Assembly: GCA_900088475.1 (NCBI GenBank)
Contig: FLMG01003914.1
Span: 1-64,000, forward strand
DNA length: 64,000 nucleotides
Source of the DNA: Hyphochytrium catenoides
Lineage: Eukaryota; Protista; Hyphochytriomycota
Direction of reading: 5' to 3'
The number at the start of each line of letters is the position of its first letter. Position 1 is the first letter of the stretch. Below, piece after piece: positions 1 to 18,368 of this stretch. The notes beneath the pieces are model-generated. The model saw only the letters and a list, made by a program, of their open reading frames with translations. It was not told the DNA's origin and searched no databases. Position numbers and translations under genes: made by a program.

Positions 1-247
1 CGCGGTGATCCTAACTATGACAGTGCGGAGGTAAGGCCCATGCGCAGGAGAAGAACGAAAGAGAGAGAGAAAAAGAGAGAGAGAAGGAGAAAAAAGTAGG
101 GGACTGTCTCTGAAAGATAGCCCACTATGGCTTATCTCATATCTCTCTGTATCTCTCTTTCTCTCTCTCCTCTACCCTAAACTTAACTATGAACAGCATC
201 TAACTCTCACGCTCTTCCCTGCCTTCTCCCGCTCCCTCGTTTTTCTC

Positions 248-282
<35 letters not shown>

Positions 283-2362
283 GTCTAGGAGGCAAACACC
301 ATCCTGGTGAGCCATGATCCCTCTGGTTACGCCTATAACACGAGCTGGAGCGGCCCGGCTCCTGCTCTTTCTCTTCAGGAATATAAGCAGAGAATCGCCA
401 CCATCATCGACGAATATTTTACCAGCGAGGACATTGACGAAGTCTCCAGGTAGAGAAACGAGAAAGGCGAATGAGAGAAGGGAAAGAGCTGCTGGGAGGG
501 GCGGGAGAGAGAGACAGAGAGAAAGAGAGAGAGACGAGAGGGAGAGAGAGAGCGATGGGGTCGAGTTTTATAGGCATCTCTCTCTTTCACTGAGGAATTG
601 GCGATTCTGTCTAGATAAGAGCCTCTAAGTTAGCTAACATTCTCATTTCTTTTCTCTTCCCATCCCATGTCCTCTCTCTCTCTCTCTCTCTCGCTCGCTC
701 GCTCTTGTCTCTCCTAGGGCTGTCCGAGAGCTGAACTCTGCGTCTTTCAGCTACGAGTTGATCAAGCGCGCCATCACTTTCTCTCTGGACAGGAAGGAGA
801 GAGAGAGAGAGCTTGTCTCCCGAATGATCTCAGGACTCTACCCTGTAGGTCGCACATGGGGGTCTTGAAATATAACGTCTCTCTCTCTCTAACTCCCTGG
901 CCTCTTTTCCTGCCTTTTTCTTTCTCTCTCTTTTACTCTTCCTTTTTTCTCTCTCTCTGTTATCTTCTCGCGGTCTTTCTCCCGTCGTCTCCCCTTTTTT
1001 CTCTCTCTCTCTCTCTCGGTCTCTCTCCTCGGTGCTATCTTTTGTTATCAGGACCTCATCACTAGCAATGACGTCGCTAAAGCCTTTGAGCGGCTCCTGG
1101 AGTATGCGGACGACTTGCAGGTCGATGCCCCTCGGTAAGACAGAGAGAGACGGCAGCCAGCAGAAAAAAACTGGTCTCTTACACTTCCTTCTCTTACCTC
1201 TCTCTCTCTCTCTCGCTCTATACTCTTCAATCCATCCATTTTTCACTTTCAGCGCTCGAGAAGATCTCGCGACCTTCCTGGCCCGCGCAGTCGCAGATGA
1301 GGTTCTCTCTCCTGCTTATCTCTCTCACCCCGTCGTCCAGCGTCTGGCTGGAGACATTGTGGAACAGGCGAAGCTGAAGCTGAGTATCAAGCACGGCATC
1401 GCGAGGATAGAGAAAGGATGGGGACCAGGAGACGGAAGACCCGTAGAAGAGTTGAAAGCAGCTGTCGATCAGCTCATGCAGGTTCGTTTCTCTCTCTCTC
1501 GTGTCTCTCTCTCCCTTTCTGCCTTAAAAAGGTATAGCTTGTTCGTTGCTGTCCTTTCATCCGCCAGCTTCTCTCCTCTCTTTCTGCCTCGCTCTCTTCC
1601 TTTCCCTCATCTCACTCTATCTCCCTTCAAGCGTGTTAAAGCTTCCGTTTGACTCTAACCTCCACTCTTCTAAATGTTTCTTTCCGCACCATCTCTCTCT
1701 TCTCTCTCCGTCTTCTCCTTCCAGGAATACCTTCTCTCCCGCGATCTGAGTGAGGCTGCGCGCTGTGTACGCGAGCTTAACTCTCCTTCCTTCCACCCTG
1801 AGGTTGTCAAGCGTGGCGTGGTAGCTGCGCTGGACAAGGCAGAGGATGACAGGCAGGCCATGAGCTCTCTTCTGGCCTACCTCGTCACGGCTGAGCAGGT
1901 AATCTTTCCTTCTGTCCCTGTCTCTCTCTGTCTCTCCCGCTCCTATCACACCCTCTCTCTCTCTTCTTTTCCAATCTCTCTCTTCCTATCATCTAGTCCT
2001 ATTGGTCTGAAGCCCGGCTCACTTTTTCAGTCGTGGTCTTCTCTCCCTTTTTTCCAACAGAAATCTGTTCTACGCCCTATTAAATTACTCTTTTGTTTCC
2101 AATAAACACTCTGGCTTGGCTGTATGGTCTCTCACTATCTCCGACTCTCTCTTTCTCTCTCTCTGTCTCTCTTCTTCTTCTCCATCGTTTCTCTTTGACG
2201 ACTTTGCGTTACTGACGGAATGTGCGCTATAGCTTGTCAGTCCGGGTCATATCAGCCAAGGGTTCAACCGTCTCTACGGGGTAAGATCTCTAAGCCACGT
2301 AGCACAGAAGAATTGCAGCCTGACTGTGACAGAGAGAGAGAGAGATCAAAATGGAGAAAATG

Positions 2363-2397
<35 letters not shown>

Positions 2398-2699
2398 CAC
2401 GGAAGGGCGTCCTGTACGCGGTCGCGAGGGGTGTGAAAGACTAACAAATAATCGGGAAAGTTGGCCAGAAAATTACGAGGGAGACCTTCTTAGTTCACAC
2501 AGTTCCTTGTCTATATGGGTGACCTCCTTTGTCTCTTTCTTTCTCTCTCTTCACTCACACACACTCTTTTCTCTCCCCTTTCAAGATTGTGGACGACCTG
2601 AAGTTGGATGTACCTCGTGCCAACGAGCTCTTGGATGAGTTCAAGGATAGAGCCATTGCTGATGGATGCCTCGCTGAGTCCTATCAGCAAAAGCAGTAA
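1..2699 (+). CDS. PDCD4: MA3-domain protein, programmed cell death 4 (PDCD4)-like translation regulator; 5'-partial, 8 exons in window
   Basis: Exons about 1-30, 289-449, 718-844, 1052-1134, 1253-1481, 1725-1898, 2233-2280 and 2586-2699 join in frame: GDPNYDS..YKQRIATIIDEYFTSEDIDEV..ELIKRAITFSLDRKERERELVSRMIS..AFERLLEYADDLQVDAP..FLARAVADEVLSPAYL..GWGPGDGRPVEELK..EYLLSRDLSEAARCVRELNSPSFHPEVVKR..GFNRLY..DDLKLDVP. This is two MA3 domains. Stop TAA at 2697-2699. Confidence 0.9.
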
Positions 2700-3211
2700 A
2701 GATGCCCTTCTTCTAGGTCCTAACTCCATTTCTTCTCTCCCTCTCTTTCTCTCAGTTGTAAGGTTCTTTCCCTTGTTCCTCTGTCTTTCTGACTCTCTTT
2801 CCTCTCTTTTCTTTTGCCTTCGGGTACCGCTCTGTTTACTCTAATAAAGCCAAAAACATAGCAAGGAACCAGAGATGCGCAGAGGTCCAGCTGCTGAGAG
2901 ACGTAATCCGATCTCTACTCTCTCTGCAGCTCTCTCTTCTTTCTTCAATATGTATGACCATTCTGTACCTTCCTCGAGAGGTGCCGATGTTTATTGATTC
3001 TTCTTCAGGGAGAGAAAACGCCCGCAATGAAGGAGCATTTAGAGCGTTTCTCCTTTATAACAGTGAGAAAGAGAAGAGTGCAACCGGAAGATGTGGGGTG
3101 CAGTCAATGCTTGTGACTGGAGGTTGAGGTGGCAAAGGAAAGAAGAGGGAGGGGTAAGAGAACGACGGTGTAGCTAAGGGCATCAGCGTAGAGATACATG
3201 TGTAGAGAGCG

Positions 3212-10441
<7,230 letters not shown>

Positions 10442-10682
10442 GGTCAGATCTTGCTCCTTCTAGGCTCCTTGACACAAACAGCTTCTGATAGAACTTCACG
10501 GACCCAATGAAGCTTCAAGTACTGTGTCATGTGGAAGTAAGACCCTCTCCGCGAGGTCCAATCACCACAAACAAGCTTCAGAAATGCACCTCGAATCTTC
10601 ATTCTGCAGGCCGCGGACTACTCTCCTCGAACTATTTGGAGCTCCAAAAGGCAATAACTAATTGCATTCTAGCAAAATTCAT

Positions 10683-10715
10683 GTTCCCGCCAAAACTCCC
10701 CTCTCTTCCCGCCAA
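10683..10715. promoter_or_regulatory. Two E2F/DP-type sites (TTCCCGCCAA) upstream of MCM4
   Basis: TTCCCGCCAAAA at 10684-10695 and TTCCCGCCAA at 10706-10715, about 245-275 bp upstream of the MCM4 ATG. MCM genes are classic E2F targets. Confidence 0.7.
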
Positions 10716-11599
10716 TCTAATCCGGATCCTGCCATGTCTTATCAAGAATTAGAATCAAGTAAAGTCCCATGTACCAATTCGGAATTAGTTACTCTACTCT
10801 CAAACTTACTGTGAAACAGTTGAGGATAAGCGTCCGTTACTATAGTGCACTCACTAGAGCCCTCTACTCCTATGAGAAAGAAGGGGAGCTCCTTTCTCTC
10901 CGCTGATGATCTTATGATCTTCTTCGTTCTTCTTTCGGTCGGTCGCTTGGTTGCTCGCGTCCTCTTCTTCAGTCTTTCCTCTCGTTGCGCCTTGTTGTTT
11001 GTCTCCATCGTCACCCAGTGCTTGCTGCATACTCTTCTCAGTCTCATCATCAATTTCAAGAAGCATAAACCTCCTTGCCACTACTACTCCTTCTCCTTCT
11101 TTTCCTCGTCCTCGGGTTGCTGGGTAAATATAAAGGTATTACCCTTTTGTCTACCGTCGTCAGTATCCCGTCTAGTCTACTCGCCAGCACCCACCTGAGC
11201 ACCCAGAAGAATTGAGAATCACCATCCTCTAAAAAGTATTCATTGACCGCCAGAGAAAAGTTATGTGCCGCCAACTTTCAGGCGGCGATTTGTCAATGCT
11301 CCTTCGCCAACAATACAAAGAAGATTAGAGAGTTTTCTGGTCGATCAGTCACCGGATAGGCTGCCCACTCATGAGCTTCTAGTCACCGAAGAAACACACA
11401 GAGTTGATGAGGATACTGAGGAGCAGCAAGAGAGGCGTCAGATGGCAAAGGAGGACGACCCCTGCTGGCAAACAATTGCTCCGAGACGAGACCCGCCTGG
11501 TGGCACGTCGTACTTGTAACAGGACACCCCCAGCTCAAGCAGCTGACTGAGATGTCCTACTATATATAGAGGTTCTGGCCCAACTTTTTCACGTCGTAA

Positions 11600-14050
11600 C
11601 ACGGGAAGGTCCGGGGTTTTCGGTGCTAATCGGAGATGCTGGGAGCCTTACAGAGCGTCAGCGAGATCGCAGAACACTTAGCGTAGTAAGAAGATGAGGA
11701 AGAAAAAAAAGGGGGAGGAGGTTGAAAAGCAATCAAAGAGAGATGATGATGGTCGGAAGGAGGCAATCTTGTGGGTGGAACAGCCGACGAGTGATAATGC
11801 GGACCCAGAGTAGTAGTCTCAAGAAAGGTAGAAGGAGACCAATAATGGTCTGCAGCAGAAAATAGCTCAGATCGGACAAAGCTGCCAACCTGTTTGAGCA
11901 TTATTATCATCACTTCCTTTCATGTGTCCCCTACCACTGCGATTCATACCAAACTCCTCGCTCAACCGAGGAGGAAGATGATGAAATTTATATTAAGGCT
12001 GAGGTAATGAGCAACCCCTTCTGGCATTTCTCCTAGACCTCCGCCACGTTCTCCAATATTGAACAAGCTCTTGCTTCTCCCCTCGTCCTTCGCACTACTC
12101 AGCAGCTTCTTTTTCCTTCTTCTCTCTACTACCTTTTGCCGACCAGTGCCGTCGACGATAAGCATTCCAATCGTAGGAGCCTAGTGCTCCCTTCCCGCTG
12201 TATCGTGGCTTCCTGTTGCATAATAGATTACAGCTCCAGCGGCCCAGGCCCAGTACCTCCGTCATTTCTCACGTTCATCATTAATTTCAATGCGACCCCT
12301 ACGCACATTATGCCAATAACTAGCAGTTTCATTATGAGACCTCAAGAAGAAGCAGGACTTCTGCTCTTCTACTGCTGAAGTGAAGCCATCATGTCGCTAA
12401 GTCCATCCATTGGAGAAAAGTGAGTCTCTTGTTCATCAGCCTATGTAGTCTGGAGTGTATCTTATAGGCTGATGAGTGAGCGACATCTTGCCTTCTTCCT
12501 GCTGGCCAGGCTTTGGTCGTCCAAAGAAAAAGATCATCGCAGAGGGAAACTTCTACACTGTAGTTATCTTGCGCAGTAACTTTCTTATTGAGATAAGTGA
12601 ATGTTTATTCGATAAAAAAAACCGTAAGACCGACCAATGACCAATCAAGGATGCGGAGAAGCATCAAGTGACAAACTACTATTTTATGTTGAAGCATTTT
12701 CGCAACCCCCCCTCATACAGTGAAGTACACAGGCACAATAGTCCTCCGACCCCAAGACTCCCAACCTACGAATTGTATAAAACAAAGTAGTACTACGAAG
12801 CTCACTCCTCATTGGTGTTGTATGGGCAGTTGTTAGAGGGCTACTGCGATTGTTCCCGCTCGTAGAAAACTAAAACGTTGCGACAGGATGGCGTCACACA
12901 TTGCTGTTGAACCTTTTTATAATAAATTTAGGTTTATTACATTATCAAGGGCCATGGTCGCATGATGGGCATCCGCAATGGCTGTTAAAATGCAATCAAG
13001 AGGAGAGGAAGAGACTGAAGGTTTGTTGATGGCGATGGTAGAAATACAGATACTGTAACTACACTAATAATAATACTACGGTATTTTTATGATGAGGGTT
13101 TCAGACGGTTTTAGCCTTGCTGTGGGACAAGACTATGAACAAACAAATAGTTCTATGCTGCCACCAAGAGATATTGAGCGGATTGTGGATAAGGTTACAA
13201 GTACAGTAGTGTGAAAACTTCTTTATAAAAATTAAGGAAGTAAATAAAAGTAGTGTGAAAAAGACTTTAATCTCTTTATATTGCCTTTTTATGGATTTCT
13301 GTAAGAAAGGTATCACAAAATAGCTATCCAGAATACATAAAGCTCATAACAGGGCAAAACAGTAATGTAATGTAGACACATAGAGCCAGAGAAAGAGCAG
13401 GAGATGGGAGAAGAGAGACGGAAGAGAGACGGAAGAAAAGAGAAAGGAGGGGCACCACGAAGCACCAGACACCATCACACATAACAGGCACGACAATTGC
13501 AAGAAGCAAGGAACGACGACCTCCTACCAGCACCGCTTATACCAGCACCAGCAGACATTATATGAACCTACTGCTATTATAATAACAGTTAGTTAGTACT
13601 ACCGCGCGTCGCCTTCTCTTATAAGCTACACTGCCGGTCTGCCGGAACTGAAGAAGAAGAAGAAGAAGACGAGGCGGCGACGCTCGGGAAGGGAAAAGAA
13701 GGAGGGATCACAACCACCTGCTGCTGCTGCTGCAAGGAGAGACGGAGCAAAGAGCAAAGCAGCAGTAGAGAGCAAGAGAATAATAGGACCAACTCTTCGG
13801 ATGGAACTACTCTACTGCAGGAGTACGACGACAGCAGGAAAAGAAGAAGGGAACAACGAAAAGGCTAAAGAGGTTAGAAGGAGACATGAGGAAGAAGTAA
13901 TGGAAGACGTCTTGGATACGTCAGAAGAGTAGTTGTTATTAATGAGCTAAGGGAGAAGAGGAACCGCGAGAGGGATCGAATGTGGTAAGGACTAGTAGAC
14001 AGTGATGGACGGAGGAAAAGAACCGAGATACAGGTTGTTATTAGCTAATA
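11600..14050. other. Low-complexity, partly AT-rich intergenic patch (mixed GAA/CAG/CTA triplets); possibly decayed coding or mobile sequence
   Basis: No coherent ORF or exon chain. Triplet runs at 13650-13735 and an AT-rich block at 12900-13330 differ in composition from the flanking genes. Confidence 0.4.
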
Positions 14051-14623
14051 ATGAAAGCGGAAGTGATGACGTTTCTCGAGCATGTGTAGGTAGTGAATCC
14101 GAAGGAGGAGAAATGTCGGGAAAAAAGAAAGATCACGGAAAGGAGTGATGAGAAAGAAGGCAGCAGACTGTTGAAAACAGAGATAATAAGACCAGGCGGT
14201 GAATGTTCTAATACAAGAGAGTGGTCGCGTAGTATGTCGGGCTCTCTGTCTCTATCTCTCTTCTTCTGTATGTTGTCTTTCTCTCTGTCTCTCTCTTTTC
14301 TTGTGTCTCCCTTCTTTTTGCTATTTTCTGGTCTCCTCTGGACCAACAACGGTTTGGCTCCTGACTTGGCTGCAGTATCACAACAACCTTGGTTCCCTCT
14401 GATCACTTATTATTTAGCCACCTCCTCAAGAGAACAACAGCTACTACCGCAGCTGTCGCGTTCCTCCAAGTTCTCTTTATAACTCTTCTGCTCTCTATCT
14501 TCTCATTGTCAGAAGCACTCTCTCCTCTCCCTGATCTGATCACATAGAGCTTTAATTTGAGGTAGAATCAAGTAGGTAGTAAGGGGAATAGGGGCGTTGC
14601 GTCCCGAACCAGCGTCTTCTTTC

Positions 14624-15922
14624 ATGATGACGTTGATCAAGCTTGACGGACGAGACGACGATAGAATAAGCGTCAGAAAGGGAAGAGCTACCACTAGCTG
14701 TCGGAGGCCTCGGTCTTCCTTGGGAATTTTGCTCTTGCTTGCGTTTTCTCTCTTCTCTCTGGACCTCCTCATCAAGAGCGGAGAGGCCGCTCTTTCCTTC
14801 CGACGAGGTCCACCGACAAAGCGCTTGAAGCAGCCCCCCGCATTGGAGGAGGAACGTACTGAATATTCGAGGAGGAAAGCACCTGCTGCTGTCGCTATGT
14901 TAAAGCTTCGAACAGGAGAAGTTTCCATAGGATCACTAAAAAAGGGAGAGCAGTTTACAGCCATTGAAAGGCATGATCTTGATAACAGTCGAAACAAGGC
15001 TATAGAGGCTCTTGAATTGTCAGAAAACAAAATGAGCGAAACCCTAGAGCCGAAGAGTGTTAAAGAGTTGAAGGCACGGAAAGAGATAGCCAACAGAGCA
15101 AGAAGAGCCATCCAGGAATACCAGAACGCCGCGATTGCGCTACAAAGGCTTGCTGATGATCTGCCACTCTCGCAGAAGAAGGAGACTGTCACCAGCCATG
15201 CAAATAAGGCTGCTAAAGATGCTGCAGGATGGATGGCTAAGATAGAAGCGCATGAGCTTCAGATCTCGAGATTGAGCTCCGAGAACTTCCTTGAAGATGT
15301 ATGGAAACGTTTTAACGGTAAAGCGCATGCGGCCATTGAGGCGTTGAAGACTGCAGAAGATAGAACGGGTGGACAGGATCTGGGTCAAATGCGGGAGGAG
15401 GAGCTAATTGCATTGGACGAGGCATTCAACAAAGCTGGAAGCAGACTCGAAGAATATGAGGAGGCTGCAAATACTTTAGAAGACCTCAGCGATCTGCTAC
15501 CCTTGCAGCAGAAGGAGAATGCCAAACCTCATGTCACCGCGGCCATGAAGAACATTGAATTATGGAAGGCTAAGACCAAGGCGGACAGTAGTCAGATTAT
15601 ATGGTCTATCGCTTTGAACAGACTGGATGACCTTACGCACGCGCGGATAGAGGCGGAAGATGCCCTATATCCTTTGGTTCGGGAGGAGGAGGACGGCCAA
15701 CGCGTCGTACCGTTGCAGAGTATGCAGTCGCTTAAGGAGAGGATGGAGACGGTCAAGAAAGCAGTGGGTGCAGTAAGAAGATACGAACAGGCTGCACAGA
15801 GGCTTCTTGAAGTTGCCCCTCGGTTGCCTCCAGAGAAGATGGAGATAGCGAAGGTCAAAGCCGACGTGGCCTTTAGGAAGATCCCAGAATGGAGGAATCT
15901 GATAGCTGAAGCCCTTGTTTGA
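14624..15922 (+). CDS. Intronless hypothetical protein: N-terminal hydrophobic segment plus three ~110-aa alpha-helical repeats
   Basis: 1.3-kb open frame (first ATG 14624). Hydrophobic segment LGILLLLAFSLFSLDLLI. Repeats: AIEAL..EYQNAAIALQRLADDLP..W / AIEAL..EYEEAANTLEDLSDLLP..W / AEDAL..RYEQAAQRLLEVAPRLP..W. Confidence 0.8.
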   Translation: MMTLIKLDGRDDDRISVRKGRATTSCRRPRSSLGILLLLAFSLFSLDLLIKSGEAALSFRRGPPTKRLKQPPALEEERTEYSRRKAPAAVAMLKLRTGEVSIGSLKKGEQFTAIERHDLDNSRNKAIEALELSENKMSETLEPKSVKELKARKEIANRARRAIQEYQNAAIALQRLADDLPLSQKKETVTSHANKAAKDAAGWMAKIEAHELQISRLSSENFLEDVWKRFNGKAHAAIEALKTAEDRTGGQDLGQMREEELIALDEAFNKAGSRLEEYEEAANTLEDLSDLLPLQQKENAKPHVTAAMKNIELWKAKTKADSSQIIWSIALNRLDDLTHARIEAEDALYPLVREEEDGQRVVPLQSMQSLKERMETVKKAVGAVRRYEQAAQRLLEVAPRLPPEKMEIAKVKADVAFRKIPEWRNLIAEALV

Positions 15923-17143
15923 CCGATGTGATCTCAAACAAGCGGCGCTGGCAATGGCGGCAGGTACAACGATTTGATACACTCCATACTATAAAGAGAA
16001 CTGGATATGATGATGAAGAAGGAAGGAAAGGGATTGACTGCATAGTAGTCACAAAAAGATTAGACAATTTTTTTGTTTATTCCTCTGCTGCATGCTTTTC
16101 GCCTACTAAGGACTGCACCTCGGTGTGGTCAATTCCTCGATCGGCAGCACAATGGTTATTGCTTCCATTTTTGAAGTCCTTCTTCCCTTGCTGCTGACCT
16201 CAAGAGTAGTGGCGAAGAAGCGAATTGATTCCAAGAATCTATAATAGACGGATTGCTGCTCCATCATCCGCGTTGACATACATCTTGGAATTCCAGAGAG
16301 ACAGTGAGAAAGAGAAAAAGACATGTTGGTAGGGAAAGAAGAAAATTAAGACCTAGGAAGAGAAAAAGAGAAAGGCAAAGCCTACCCGATGAATTGCAGA
16401 GGGCTACGACACACAAGGGACGGGTACATAGGCGGGAGAGAGAGAGAGAGAGAGAGAGAGAAAGGGCAAGGAGGGGAAGCTCTCGACGATGTAACGCCGT
16501 GCAACAACAACAAAGTGAACTAATGGCACTTCATTTTGGAATAAATGGCAGACTGTTCCATAGACGTATTATGGAATGACGGCAGGCTACCATCTCACTC
16601 GCGGACTTCATTATGCCATGGGTGGCCTCACGGCGTTTGCAGCAGACTGACCCACTGATTATGTCGGAAGAGGAGACAATAATGCGGCTGCTCACACTCA
16701 TTAACAGTTCTTCCTACCAAGGCCTCGGTCGCTCATCCACAAAGCTTTGCTTCTCTTCTTCTTCTTCTTTCTTTCTTCACTGAGTATCGTCTAATGCAAC
16801 AAGCCTTACATGTTGAACAACGGAGATAGGAGGCCACGGTAATATAGAAAGGCAGGAAAATGAGTACATGGATGTAGGGCACATAACTATCTCCAACTTA
16901 CTGATGACCGTGTCATCTCGGACACTTGTGAGCAGTCATCGTCAAATGGCTGAGGACATCGCCAACTCAAGCAAATAGGGGCCCAGTATTATTGGAGTAG
17001 GAGAAGATTATTGTGTTGACGGAAGTCGAGTTCAATGGAGGCACATAATGCGGAATAGGGTGGTGGTTATCACTGCCGTCGTCGTTGTCGTACAAGGTCT
17101 TGGTCATCATAAACGCGCATCAAACAATATTCTCTCCAAAGCC

Positions 17144-18368
17144 TCAAACATCGCTGTGCGCTTGCGCTTTCACCACTGCCTGATCTCCTCTCAGTGCCAG
17201 TACTTGGTAAAGTTCCCCTTTGGCCCGATGATAGGCGGAGTCAAGAGCCTCAACTACATCATCAGGTAGCGGACCCTTCTCGAGGTCAGATAAGTTCTGC
17301 TCAAGCTGCCTCGCGCTACTGGCACCGATGATAATGGCATCGCCGTACTCTTTCTTAAGCATCGAATGGTGTGATACCCATCGAAGCGCACACTCTATCT
17401 CGGTCAAGTCGTGTTTGTTACAGGCAGCACGAATGATATCCAGGGCGTCAAAGGTAGCATCGTTCCAGTAGCGTGCATGATAGAGCTTTCCCTGATTCCT
17501 ATTGGGGTCAAACCGAGAGCCCTCTTCGAAGTCCTTGATATCACGGTTGTACCGACCTGTTAAAAGACCGCCAGCCAGGGGCTGGAACGCGTACCACGAG
17601 ATGCCATAGTGACGCAGACAAGGTGCCAGTTCGCCCTCAGCGGCCCGGTGAAGGACATTGTAGACTCCTTGGTAGACGCCAGGTTTGATCCAGTCATTCT
17701 TTTTACAGAGTTCGCACATTTTGGCCACTTCCCAAGCCATAAAGTTGCTGATGCCAAACCTTGTGAAGTATCCCTCCTTGTGCAGTCTGTCTACCTCCGC
17801 CAGAGTGGTCTCCAAGGGTGTGCTGCGATCGGGACCATGGAGGTAGAACATGTCAATCTTGTCCGTCTGAAGCGCCTTCAGGCTATTCATAAGACCTCGT
17901 CGTACATCTTCCGCTCTAAAGGAATACTCCTCCTTGGTTAGCCAGCCTAACGACTTGCCCGCCGTAGGGTACAGCTTCGTCTGCATGACCAGACTGAACT
18001 TTTGCCAGCCAAGCTTGCCCAGGTACTCTTCGCTTGATCCATCACCGTATACTCGCGCGGAGTCAATTTCGGTGTGGGCATGGCGTTGGAAGACGTCAAG
18101 GATTGCTTTGATGTCCTGTTCATCATCAGATACGCGGATACCTTCTGCCCCTGTGATCATACCCGAGACAGATTCGGCGACGGAGAGAGTAAGAGGGCGC
18201 GCCTAGCAAGAATGATGGCAGCAGCGGTAGTCACCATGGAAAGAAGCATCCTGTCTCGTTAGGGCAACAGAGCGAGACGATTTCTTTATATTTTTTGATG
18301 GGAAACTCGCCTTCTCTCCCAATAGTCATACTTCCAAAGACGATCTTGAGGTTTGTCTTCGGCGTCAT
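17144..18368 (-). CDS. Aldo-keto reductase, AKR7 / aflatoxin B1 aldehyde reductase-like, fungal type; 2 exons; apparent +1 frameshift near the C-terminus
   Basis: Exon 1 18368-18311 (MTPKTNLKIVFGSMTIGRE-G), GC-AG intron 18310-18151, exon 2 from 18150. Catalytic tetrad motifs IDSARVY, TKLYP and FYLHGPD are present, plus FGISNFMAWEV, YQGVYN, FQPLAGG, IIIGASSARQLEQNL and GPLPDDVVEALD. The family-typical ending KYWH* (stop 17191-17193) is one base out of frame; as assembled the ORF runs to 17144. Confidence 0.92.

Noticed and set aside
11480-11680. Minus-strand PDLPVL..EKVGP..LLELGV, reminiscent of a VRR-NUC nuclease motif
   Set aside because: Spacing does not fit and the frame is interrupted; the similarity is too weak to support.
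14509-15192. 227-aa minus-strand ORF
   Set aside because: Antisense shadow of the repeat-protein gene, with no independent motifs.
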